Source: an uncultured virus (IMG/VR IMGVR_UViG_3300036398_005783)
Taxonomy: Duplodnaviria; Heunggongvirae; Uroviricota; Caudoviricetes
Length of the DNA: 64,000 nucleotides
Virus record (IMG/VR): IMGVR_UViG_3300036398_005783
Reading direction: 5' to 3' (one strand)
Below, piece after piece: positions 38,303 to 47,317 of this stretch. The notes under the pieces are model-generated. The model was not told the DNA's origin and searched no databases. It saw only the letters and a program-made list of their open reading frames with translations. The number at the start of each line of letters is the position of its first letter. The first letter of the stretch is position 1. The translations under genes and the position numbers were made by a program.

Positions 38303-38593
38303 TTAGAGTTTTGTGTATAATCCTGTTGTTGCTTCAAAAATCTGTTGTAGTTGATCTGAATAAACATCATTGTGTGTTTCTATGGTTTTAAGTTTTGTAC
38401 CTCTTAATTTGCGAAAAGTCATATCATACAGATCTTTTGAATTGTATTTTATTTCTAAAATATTCGTTTTATTTGAACCTTTGAATCTCACAACGAGGGT
38501 ATTTCCAGCATCTTGTTGTAGAAAAACTGCCCCTGTCATCATAGCAAATCTTCTACCGCCTAATTGCTGTGCTATTGTTTCTGCTATAGTCAT
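38303..38593 (-). CDS. hypothetical phage protein
   Basis: IAQQLGGRRFAMMTGA...DLYDM.F...DVY.DQL..IFE..TGL. Confidence 0.75.
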   Translation of the reverse strand: MTIAETIAQQLGGRRFAMMTGAVFLQQDAGNTLVVRFKGSNKTNILEIKYNSKDLYDMTFRKLRGTKLKTIETHNDVYSDQLQQIFEATTGLYTKL

Positions 38594-38649
38594 AGATATA
38601 TCTTCCTAAAAATAAAGTGTGCGTTAAGGATGCGCACCCCCCTTTATAA

Positions 38650-39339
38650 TTATGCAATACACATTTCTTGGTATTCTTCCCAAGTAAGTGGCCTTCCGAG
38701 TTCTACAACCTTTGCTTTTAGTTCTTCTACTTGTGGAGAATTGAATGTAATAGAATTTCCTTTGAATGTTGTAGAGTGAATTCTTTCTGGATGAAGAATA
38801 AATTTTCTGTAATTACTGCTTTTCAGCATTTTCTTAATTCTATTTTTTTCAATAGTTTTTGGTTTGGAATTTCTTTCTTTATATGGTTCTTTTACAACCA
38901 AGATGGTTTTATTTATAGAGAGTGCTGAAAAATAAAGAGTTCCATGTTCTTTGTGCATTGATAAAGTTGAATTTTTACCACCTTCTATGGTTGCCATAAC
39001 ATCTTTGCAAGTATATTTGGAATTATTACCAATTCCCTTTTCAAGAGATTCTTCAATAGAATCAATTTGCTCTTGAATTGCAACAAGCGTAATTGGATTG
39101 GTTTCAACTGTTAATAGTTCTTTCAGAGTTTTCAAATCACTCTTATACATATTCAAAGTTGAAAAACCTACACTAACTGTGCGAAATGATATATCATGCT
39201 TTGATTCATACAAAGCAGATACAAATGATGGTGAATTAAACTCTGAAAATGCTTCCACAATAAGTGATACTGGAAGATTTTCAGTTAGAATTGTCTGGAC
39301 ATCACCAGACAAAAGCGATTCGATTTTAACTTTATTCAT
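38650..39339 (-). CDS. hypothetical protein
   Basis: Own promoter; similar to 37134-37760. Confidence 0.75.
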   Translation of the reverse strand: MNKVKIESLLSGDVQTILTENLPVSLIVEAFSEFNSPSFVSALYESKHDISFRTVSVGFSTLNMYKSDLKTLKELLTVETNPITLVAIQEQIDSIEESLEKGIGNNSKYTCKDVMATIEGGKNSTLSMHKEHGTLYFSALSINKTILVVKEPYKERNSKPKTIEKNRIKKMLKSSNYRKFILHPERIHSTTFKGNSITFNSPQVEELKAKVVELGRPLTWEEYQEMCIA

Positions 39340-39473
39340 GCTAACTCCATATGGTTATAAATAATTTCTAATACAAACATAATAAAGTATTACGAATTAT
39401 GCAAGAAAAAAATGTAATGATATAAAAAAAGCCATCAAAATAATTTAGATGGCTTCAGGTAAAATGGCTTATA

Positions 39474-39992
39474 CTAAAGGGAATCTTCTATTTCTTTAAT
39501 TTCTTTTTCTTTGGATTGGAGTTCATATTTATTAAGAATGGCAAATGACATAGCACAAAGATCAAGAGTTTTAATCATTGTTAGAACATCGTTTCTTCCA
39601 CTTCTTCTATACAATTTATAGAGTTTCGGTTCTGTTTCTAATGTTTGTTTATCTACAATTTTTTCTTTTAGGAATTTAAGCAAAGTTCTTCGTTCTACAA
39701 GTATCCAATAATCAATCGTTTCAAAAGCAATTATATGTGCTTTTCCATGAATCCATCCTTTGTTTCCATGTACATTTCTTAATTCTATCCATTGAATGTT
39801 TTCATTATAATCATCATCATTGCGTTTGATTTTTCTCAATCCTTTAACATCAAAAAGAGTTTCAAGAGAAACATCCCAGTGTTCGTGAATATCTTCTTCT
39901 TTATTTGCTTCACGAGTAATTCCAAATTTTTTGATGAGATCGGTAAATAAGTATTCGACTTTTTTACCTTGACTGAAAAATGAAAACGACAT
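39474..39992 (-). CDS. PD-(D/E)XK-like nuclease fold protein
   Basis: HWD...DVK...WIE motif spacing. Confidence 0.5.
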   Translation of the reverse strand: MSFSFFSQGKKVEYLFTDLIKKFGITREANKEEDIHEHWDVSLETLFDVKGLRKIKRNDDDYNENIQWIELRNVHGNKGWIHGKAHIIAFETIDYWILVERRTLLKFLKEKIVDKQTLETEPKLYKLYRRSGRNDVLTMIKTLDLCAMSFAILNKYELQSKEKEIKEIEDSL

Positions 39993-40151
39993 AGTTATTC
40001 ATAAATAATTTTTTGATGCAAACCTATTAATTCCCTCTATTTTAATCTTATGATTCCCCAATGTTTTGAATTTTATTCTATTACCATTAGTAGTATTTTT
40101 TTGATTTTTGTTCAATAAATTTTCAAAATTTTTAATACTATTTTTATTATT

Positions 40152-40649
40152 TTATTCTGTATAGATAGTATCATATATTACAATATCACTTGGATTAAAA
40201 ACAGCAATTTCATTCCCATCTAAAACAGAATCAAAACCTCCTGCCTTATAGACATTTTGTTGTGCTTTACCACTCATTCCAGTGAACGGCATAATCCCTT
40301 TATCCATAAAATCCCACGCTTTATCTAAAATCCAATTTCCATCTATTGGTAAATGTGGGTCTTCTTTATGTAATTCTTTTTTATACTCTTCAATCATTTC
40401 ATAAGAAGGTTTATCTTTTCCTAAAATATATGGATTCTTTATATTCAATTTTGCTATGGTAATTATATCACCATAACTTTTAGCTTTATCTAAAAGTTTT
40501 GTGAAATAAAAACCCTCAACATTACCTCTTCTATTTATAGTAGGTTTTAACTCAAATGATTCAATATGTGAATTACCTCCATGATACCATAAATCATTAT
40601 GTTCACTTTCACTTAAAAAGTCTTTAATGGTAGTTTTAAGTTTTTTCAT
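40152..40649 (-). CDS. ADP-ribosyltransferase-like (ART-PolyVal type) protein with MKKLKTTIKDFLSE tag
   Basis: WYHGG...GFYFT...A.SYG...LNIKNP...GFDSV...EIAVFNP. Confidence 0.7.
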   Translation of the reverse strand: MKKLKTTIKDFLSESEHNDLWYHGGNSHIESFELKPTINRRGNVEGFYFTKLLDKAKSYGDIITIAKLNIKNPYILGKDKPSYEMIEEYKKELHKEDPHLPIDGNWILDKAWDFMDKGIMPFTGMSGKAQQNVYKAGGFDSVLDGNEIAVFNPSDIVIYDTIYTE

Positions 40650-40683
40650 TACTTACTTTTATTTTAATTATTTGTTTTCAGTT

Positions 40684-41181
40684 TTAATCATCTTCATCAC
40701 TATAAATATAATCTATTTCTTTTACATCTTCGGAAGAAAGGATATATGCTAATGAATCTCTATTATTTTTTCTATCAAAATATAATCTATGGTGGCCATC
40801 TAATATCCAAATTCTTCCCTTTCTATCATATACCAAAATTATATCTGATTCATCATAATTATCATTATTATCTTCTAAATAATTAAGAAATGAACTTGAA
40901 ATATATTTTTGAGATGTATAGAGTTTTAGTTCTTTATCTAATTTTTTCTTTTTCCATTTAAAAAAGTTTAATGTTTCTTCCCAATATTTTTGCATAGTTG
41001 CAGTATCATGAACATTCAAAAGATAATCTGGGAAATTTTTATTGAATATAATATTAAATTCATTTTTAGATAAATCAATAGCATCTCCGAAACCAATTCT
41101 TTCATCTGAAATAATGCTATGTAATTGGAGATCTTTTTGTTCACTTAAAAAGTCTTTAATGGTAGTTTTAAGTTTTTTCAT
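40684..41181 (-). CDS. ParB/Srx-like domain protein with the identical MKKLKTTIKDFLSE tag
   Basis: ILDGHHRL motif. Confidence 0.6.
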   Translation of the reverse strand: MKKLKTTIKDFLSEQKDLQLHSIISDERIGFGDAIDLSKNEFNIIFNKNFPDYLLNVHDTATMQKYWEETLNFFKWKKKKLDKELKLYTSQKYISSSFLNYLEDNNDNYDESDIILVYDRKGRIWILDGHHRLYFDRKNNRDSLAYILSSEDVKEIDYIYSDEDD

Positions 41182-41208
41182 TACTTACTTTTATTTGCTT
41201 TATATATC

Positions 41209-41448
41209 TTACATTGTATAGTTAGTTATCAAAACTTCAATACTTGAGTTTTTATATCGGTTGAGTGTATGGTAATTACAATTTGAATATGTATAGTCTA
41301 AATAATTCATAGTAAATCCTTTAGAATCTATAAATTCAATTAGTAAATCATTAGTCAGACCTTTATGTTGGATTACATTGGATAATCCAAATTTTATTCC
41401 CATCTTATCTAAATTCAGGCGAGATTTGATGTATCTGTTCATTTTCAT
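41209..41448 (-). CDS. hypothetical protein, possibly a Dam-like methylase C-terminal fragment
   Basis: Ends ...FGLSN...Y..CNY...EVLITNY. Confidence 0.4.
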   Translation of the reverse strand: MKMNRYIKSRLNLDKMGIKFGLSNVIQHKGLTNDLLIEFIDSKGFTMNYLDYTYSNCNYHTLNRYKNSSIEVLITNYTM

Positions 41449-41456
41449 ACTATTAT

Positions 41457-42302
41457 TTAGAAATTACAAACAAGTGCTTCTACAACACTTTTGCGGTTTT
41501 CAAGTTTCCCACCATTGTGGTAAAAATGGTCTTTTGTTATTATTCTAAATTTATTCCAATACTTATCAATCATATCATTTTTTCTCCATTCTGTATGATG
41601 CCAAGTAGAGAGGACAAATTTGGCTTTTGTTTGAGAAAGAAGGGTAAAAAGCAATTCTTCGTCTTCTTCTTTCCACCCATTATAATAATCAACATGTCTT
41701 CCGAAATAAGGAGGGTCGCAATAAATAATATCGCCTTCCTTTGCTTTGATTATAGTTTTAGAAAAATTTTCTGATGTAAACTCCCATAGGGGTGTTATGA
41801 CTTTTGAAACTTTTTCAATCTGATTTGAAATTTTGGTTATGTAAGACTTTGAAAATCTATTAGGTTTTTTGCAAAAAGGAACATTCCACTTACCCCCTCT
41901 ATTGAATCTCATTAGGCCGTTAAATCCTGAGCGAGAAAGAAACATAAAATCAAGTGGGGAAAAGTCTTCATTAAATCTTTTTCGGATTTCAAGATAAACC
42001 TCATAACCGTCATTATTTGAAAGAGATAATCGCTTTCCTTCAAATTGGAGATATTCTACGGCTTTTTCTTTCGTTATAGAACCACTTTGGATTTCTTTAT
42101 AGAATTGAATTATATGAGGATTGGCATCGTTTAATATGGCTTCTTTGTATCCTGAATTAAATGCTACTACTCCAGTTCCGAGAAAGGGTTCAATCCATCT
42201 ATCCGTTTGATTTAGGTTTTTTGTAATATCCAAAATCCAAGGAACTAATTTTGTTTTAATTCCTTGACTTTTAATTGGGGGTATTATGATTGATGGTGAC
42301 AT
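41457..42302 (-). CDS. Dam-family DNA adenine methyltransferase
   Basis: IKSQGIK, IEPFLGTG, FNGLMRFN..G..NVPF, YCDPPY. Confidence 0.92.
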   Translation of the reverse strand: MSPSIIIPPIKSQGIKTKLVPWILDITKNLNQTDRWIEPFLGTGVVAFNSGYKEAILNDANPHIIQFYKEIQSGSITKEKAVEYLQFEGKRLSLSNNDGYEVYLEIRKRFNEDFSPLDFMFLSRSGFNGLMRFNRGGKWNVPFCKKPNRFSKSYITKISNQIEKVSKVITPLWEFTSENFSKTIIKAKEGDIIYCDPPYFGRHVDYYNGWKEEDEELLFTLLSQTKAKFVLSTWHHTEWRKNDMIDKYWNKFRIITKDHFYHNGGKLENRKSVVEALVCNF

Positions 42303-42324
42303 TTTTGAGTAGTCATTTTTCTTA

Positions 42325-43041
42325 TTATTTATTCAGATTATTTGAAGGTGCAATAAATAGTTTCTCAACATTACTTAATGTTTCTTTATGTATATTATTT
42401 CCACTAACTATTACTTTTTTACTCCATATACATTCAAAGTCTTTTGGTGCTTCATATTCGCTGATGAAAACAATATGTCCAGAATTTGATTGTTCTCTAC
42501 ACCAATCCCAAAATTCAGAATGTATTATTTTGTTATCTCCAATATAAACTCTTGTTCCCTTATACGGAGGATCGCAATAAATCAAACTATTCTCTGGGAT
42601 TTTTAAATCCTTGTAATCTCCACAAACAAATTCAATATTTTTTAGATTCGGGTGTTGTTTCAATACATTATTATATGCTTCTAAATCATATTTTCTTTTA
42701 CCTATATTGTCCCTTCTAAATGATCCAAACCATATATTACCAAAAACTAATTGAGTACCAAAATACCCAACTAACTCTTTGGGAAATGTATGTTTATTAT
42801 GTTTAACTTCATTATACCATTCTTCACTAACCTCTTTAGGAGGAATCCAACCTTCTTTCAAAGCATTTAATAGTGCTATGACATATTCGTTTGTATCGTT
42901 ACCTATTCTATTTCCATCAACTTTGTCAATAACATTAGCACCACCAACAAAAGGTTCTACCCAATGTCTATCGCCACGATACCTTAACATTATGGGTATT
43001 ATGTATTTGGCGATTCTATTTTTACTTCCTAAATATTTCAT
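42325..43041 (-). CDS. Dam-like DNA adenine methyltransferase
   Basis: YLGSK, VEPFVGG, YCDPPY; paralog of 15636-16358. Confidence 0.9.
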   Translation of the reverse strand: MKYLGSKNRIAKYIIPIMLRYRGDRHWVEPFVGGANVIDKVDGNRIGNDTNEYVIALLNALKEGWIPPKEVSEEWYNEVKHNKHTFPKELVGYFGTQLVFGNIWFGSFRRDNIGKRKYDLEAYNNVLKQHPNLKNIEFVCGDYKDLKIPENSLIYCDPPYKGTRVYIGDNKIIHSEFWDWCREQSNSGHIVFISEYEAPKDFECIWSKKVIVSGNNIHKETLSNVEKLFIAPSNNLNK

Positions 43042-43610
43042 TCTTCTTTCTGTTCATTATCAATTTGAACATCAGAAGAAACTTCATTACCCCAAACATC
43101 CCACCCATCAGTTTTTTGACGAGCAAAAAGTTCTACCTTTGGTACATCTCCAAACATTCGTTCAATCCTTTTTCTGAATTCGTCTGGTTTCTTACTATGT
43201 TTTGTTTTTTCTTCTTCTAAATAACTCCTTTCCTTAAAGGACTTTAGTAATTTGTGTGCTGTACCTTTTGTTGCGAGTAAGCATATTTCACATTGTTTTA
43301 CAGTCCATTTGCCCATAAACCCACGCTTTTTGTTCCAAGTAAAAGCAATGGTTTTATATTTGAAGCCCCAATTATTTATCGCTTTAATTGCAACTTCAAG
43401 GTGTGCGTCTGTTGTCCATAAAAACAAAACGCATTCATTATCAGCAATACTACTTACATTCAAATTGATTATTTCATTATCTGACATAGTTGGGTATTGC
43501 AAAGATAATTCTTCATTAGTTCCGAATTTATCACGAATCGTTTTTCTTCTGTTTATACCTTGAGAAAAACGCCACGCAGGGTCTGCATATATTATATTAT
43601 AGCGTTTCAT
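43038..43610 (-). CDS. MT-A70 family adenine methyltransferase
   Basis: IIYADPAW, YPTM, LFLW, WGFKYKT, HSKKPD, ELFAR, WGNE. Confidence 0.9.
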   Translation of the reverse strand: MKRYNIIYADPAWRFSQGINRRKTIRDKFGTNEELSLQYPTMSDNEIINLNVSSIADNECVLFLWTTDAHLEVAIKAINNWGFKYKTIAFTWNKKRGFMGKWTVKQCEICLLATKGTAHKLLKSFKERSYLEEEKTKHSKKPDEFRKRIERMFGDVPKVELFARQKTDGWDVWGNEVSSDVQIDNEQKEE

Positions 43611-43629
43611 AATACTACATTTAGATAAA

Positions 43630-44049
43630 TTATTCAATACCAATTGCTTTCAAAAAATAATTACTTTGAAATGAAAGCATATTTGATGTAATATTATGTT
43701 CTTTAAGAATATCTTTAATAGATTCCTTAAAGATTTTATCACACCCAAATGGAGTTTTAATATCATCAAAACTTAAAAATTTCCCATCAAGGTCTTGTAT
43801 ATCTATCTTTGTTAAAAGATTGATTTCATCCCAAAACCCCCAGAAAATACTTTCATAACAAGCATGTAAAGGGTCTATATCATTTAATTCTTCTCCCTGT
43901 TCATTGAGGAGTTCAAGAACTGAATCTGCCACCCATTTATCCGTTTTATTCACATCATGAGCAAGTTGCATAGCTTTTGCTATTCTTTTAGGTGAATGAG
44001 GTACAATATTTCTATAATATTGTTCAATAGAATCTGGATTAATTGCCAT
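43630..44049 (-). CDS. hypothetical protein
   Basis: ORF with TAAGGA RBS. Confidence 0.7.
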   Translation of the reverse strand: MAINPDSIEQYYRNIVPHSPKRIAKAMQLAHDVNKTDKWVADSVLELLNEQGEELNDIDPLHACYESIFWGFWDEINLLTKIDIQDLDGKFLSFDDIKTPFGCDKIFKESIKDILKEHNITSNMLSFQSNYFLKAIGIE

Positions 44050-44108
44050 AGCTAAATTCCTTATAGTGATTATATTATTATAGATAATAATAATGATTTA
44101 TTTTATTT

Positions 44109-45710
44109 TCACCAAAGCGGTGAACTTGAATTATCTGTATTATCTGATGAGGTTTGTTTTGAATTCTTAATTCCTTTTGGTTTCTTTTCTTCTTTCACAT
44201 TTGATTTATTCAAAGCAAACTCAATTCTCGCTTCTGCTATTTTACAATATTCAGGATCAAGATCAATTCCTATGAAACGAAATCCTTCATACATTGCAGC
44301 TTTACCTGTGCTTCCTGAACCCATAAATGGATCAATAATCAAACCATTTGGGGGTGTAATAAGTCTGCAAAGATATTGCATAAGGTCTGTGGGTTTGACC
44401 GTGGGGTGATGGTTTGCCCTTGGCAATCCCAACGCATTTTTCCTACCCTCTGCTGGTTTTCTCCTTGCACTTGCAGGTGGATCACCCAATGCGAATCCGT
44501 CTAATCCTTCATCTCTATCCCTTTTACTTGCTTTAGCACAATAAAAGAAACGGGCGGCTGAACCTGAATCATTGTAATTACTTGGGGCGACAGGTTTATC
44601 GCCATTAAACATCGATGTTTCTTTATTATTGTATTCTCTACCATTATAGTTATAAGCACCCGTATTGTTTCCAGAACCTGCGTTTGGAAAAAGACCTACC
44701 ACTTCATCACTTCCATCATGAATGAAATTTGCAGGGAAACGACCTGATGGCTGAATAAAATCATGACCGACAGTTTTACCAGTAGCATTCATACCACCAC
44801 TATTCAAACTTTGTGATTCTTTTCTATTTCCTTCTTTTGCATATGCACCTCCGTTCAAATTATCTTCAGTTCCAACTCTACATCCACCAATATTAATTCC
44901 ACCTGTACCCCACTCAAGAACATTTTCAGCAACAGTTCCAATGAGGGGTTTTCTCGCAAGGCATATAGGTTCATGAGCAGGCTTTATTTGAGTACCCCAC
45001 CCTTCCCATTCCTTCGCTTCTTCGGTTGCAGGTGCAGTAATTGATATAACTTTATTTGCATTTATATTATCACCTTCAGATTGAAGCATACCAAAAGTTT
45101 TTCCTGTTCCCATACCTGCTGTTTTTTTACCTATTATTTCTCTTTCTATATCTTCCATACTATCGAATGGTAAATTAAAAGTTTCTTTTATCAAATTAAA
45201 TTGCTCTATAGTAGGCATATTTAAGCCAAGTTCCCAATTAGCGACACATCCAGTCATTCCGCCATTTTTACTTGGAAATAGCACCGCAACATCTTTTTGA
45301 GTTATGTTATTTTCAATCCTCCATTGACGAAACCAAGGACCGAACCAAGATACCAATTTCCCCCCTCGTTTATCTATGGCTTTACTTATGTCCAAACTTT
45401 TAGGAAAACCTGACCCATAAACCCACATAATTTGGTCTCTGATTTCAAACCCTGCATCTTCAATAGCCACAGCCATTCTATGATAAGTTCTACTTCCAGA
45501 GAAAGCTAACAAATGCCCACCAGGTTTTAGAACCCTCAAACATTCCTTCCAAAGTTCAACATTGTAAGCAATTCCTGTCGAATCCCACTTTTTGTTCATG
45601 AATCCAAGTTCATAAGGGGGATCGGTAACAATGCTATCAATTGAATTTTCTTCTAATCCCTTTAAGACCTCAAGGGAATTTCCATTATGAATTGTATAAG
45701 GTTTTTGCAT
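44109..45710 (-). CDS. beta-class N6A/N4C DNA methyltransferase with an inserted XRE-type HTH
   Basis: TDPPY, HPTVKP, DPFMGSGST; insert WRIENNITQKDVA...VANWELG...PT. Confidence 0.9.
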   Translation of the reverse strand: MQKPYTIHNGNSLEVLKGLEENSIDSIVTDPPYELGFMNKKWDSTGIAYNVELWKECLRVLKPGGHLLAFSGSRTYHRMAVAIEDAGFEIRDQIMWVYGSGFPKSLDISKAIDKRGGKLVSWFGPWFRQWRIENNITQKDVAVLFPSKNGGMTGCVANWELGLNMPTIEQFNLIKETFNLPFDSMEDIEREIIGKKTAGMGTGKTFGMLQSEGDNINANKVISITAPATEEAKEWEGWGTQIKPAHEPICLARKPLIGTVAENVLEWGTGGINIGGCRVGTEDNLNGGAYAKEGNRKESQSLNSGGMNATGKTVGHDFIQPSGRFPANFIHDGSDEVVGLFPNAGSGNNTGAYNYNGREYNNKETSMFNGDKPVAPSNYNDSGSAARFFYCAKASKRDRDEGLDGFALGDPPASARRKPAEGRKNALGLPRANHHPTVKPTDLMQYLCRLITPPNGLIIDPFMGSGSTGKAAMYEGFRFIGIDLDPEYCKIAEARIEFALNKSNVKEEKKPKGIKNSKQTSSDNTDNSSSPLW

Positions 45711-45777
45711 AACAAATAAATAGAAAATAAAAATATGATTAAATATAAGCAATTTTTAAGATTAATTACACATATTT

Positions 45778-46317
45778 TTAATATCGTAAGTCTTTTTTCA
45801 TTGAAATAGTTATTTCATAATAACCATTAATATTATCGTTAGTCATTAAAGTAGATACATCACCAGAAGAATCTTTTAGAATCCATGTGTATTGAAATCC
45901 ATTATCTTTATAAATACTTCCGCTATATTCATCATCATATATTGTTTGAAATCTTTTTTGTAGTTTTTGAGAATAATTATATCCCATTCCAGAAATTAAT
46001 ACATGTTTAGTATTAAACATAATAAATCTTGAATTTTTATCAAATATAATTTCATGTTTTGAAAGTATATCTTGTTCAAAAATAATTGATGAATCTGTTT
46101 CTATAAATGTCAGAGAATCTTCAATAAGTGCTTGTTTGAATAATTGTCGGTCCACTCCCCAAAATGCAATCCAATATCCCGTTTTAGCATGATCCATGAT
46201 TTCTACAGCATAACAATAAGAACTCAATCTTTCTTTTTGCCATTGCGGTTTAATATTTTGAGAAAACAAAGTAGATATGTTGATTAAACATAAAAGTAAG
46301 ATAATAAAGAATTTCAT
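45778..46317 (-). CDS. secreted protein (signal peptide ending FSQ)
   Basis: MKFFIILLLCLINISTLFSQ; paralog of 58363-58908. Confidence 0.7.
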   Translation of the reverse strand: MKFFIILLLCLINISTLFSQNIKPQWQKERLSSYCYAVEIMDHAKTGYWIAFWGVDRQLFKQALIEDSLTFIETDSSIIFEQDILSKHEIIFDKNSRFIMFNTKHVLISGMGYNYSQKLQKRFQTIYDDEYSGSIYKDNGFQYTWILKDSSGDVSTLMTNDNINGYYEITISMKKDLRY

Positions 46318-46392
46318 TCTATAATTCCTTTGCAATGTTTGTAAGAACATTAAATTTAAGGAATTTGATTATTAATATCAAAGAAATTGATT

Positions 46393-47316
46393 TTACTCAA
46401 GTGTTGGTTTAAGTTGAGGTAGGTTTTTTTTCATAGATGCACTTGCTAAATTCCAAGGAAAATCCCCCCTTCTATCTTTAACATTTACATTCGCCATAGC
46501 ATCTAAAAGCATTTTAGTTATTATTTCATTATTTAATGATACTGCCCAATGCAAAGGGGTTCGCAATGTTTCATCTTGTCCTTCAGTATAAGCATTGTAC
46601 TCAATGAGAAGTTTAGTTATAATTTCAGAATTATTTTTTACTGCCAAATGCAAAGGAGTTTCATTTTCAGAATCAGACTGATTATAATCCACACCCTTTT
46701 TTAATAATAAAGATACAAGTTCATAACTATTAAGTATAATTGATTGTATGAGTGGAGTTATCCATTCTGAATCTTCGCTAAAGATTGTTATATTTAATTC
46801 TGCATGTCTTTTAATAAGATATTCGGCTATTTCCGTATTTCCATATAATAAAGCAAAACCTAAAGGTGTATTGTCGTAATAATCCGTACTTTCTATATCA
46901 GCACCATAATCTAAAAACAATTTAACAATTTCTATTTGGTTTTGAAATATTGCATAAAAAAGTGGATTAAGAAGGTCATCATTTGTAATATAAAAATCAA
47001 ATAAATCATATTCTAACAAATCTTTTAACAAATCTAAATTAGGTTGTTTTTCATTTATCTCTTCAAAAACAAGATACTTTAAATCTTCATCGGGCATATT
47101 GATATATTCTTTAACTCTTTCAAATTGTTCTTTATCAACCAATCCATATTCAAGTAAATCTTTAATAAGTTGTTGATCAGGATTCTCTAAAAACTCTACT
47201 TTGAAAGTTCTATTAACTTTCAACGGATCCATTAAAAAATATTTAGATACCCTATTGATACCATTAATATCGGAATTATCGCTTTCAAATAAATTAAATG
47301 ATTTAATGTATTTCAT
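46393..47316 (-). CDS. tagged ankyrin repeat protein
   Basis: MKYIKSFNLFES; TPLH repeats; LPQLKP end. Confidence 0.9.
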   Translation of the reverse strand: MKYIKSFNLFESDNSDINGINRVSKYFLMDPLKVNRTFKVEFLENPDQQLIKDLLEYGLVDKEQFERVKEYINMPDEDLKYLVFEEINEKQPNLDLLKDLLEYDLFDFYITNDDLLNPLFYAIFQNQIEIVKLFLDYGADIESTDYYDNTPLGFALLYGNTEIAEYLIKRHAELNITIFSEDSEWITPLIQSIILNSYELVSLLLKKGVDYNQSDSENETPLHLAVKNNSEIITKLLIEYNAYTEGQDETLRTPLHWAVSLNNEIITKMLLDAMANVNVKDRRGDFPWNLASASMKKNLPQLKPTLE

Positions 47317-47317
47317 A

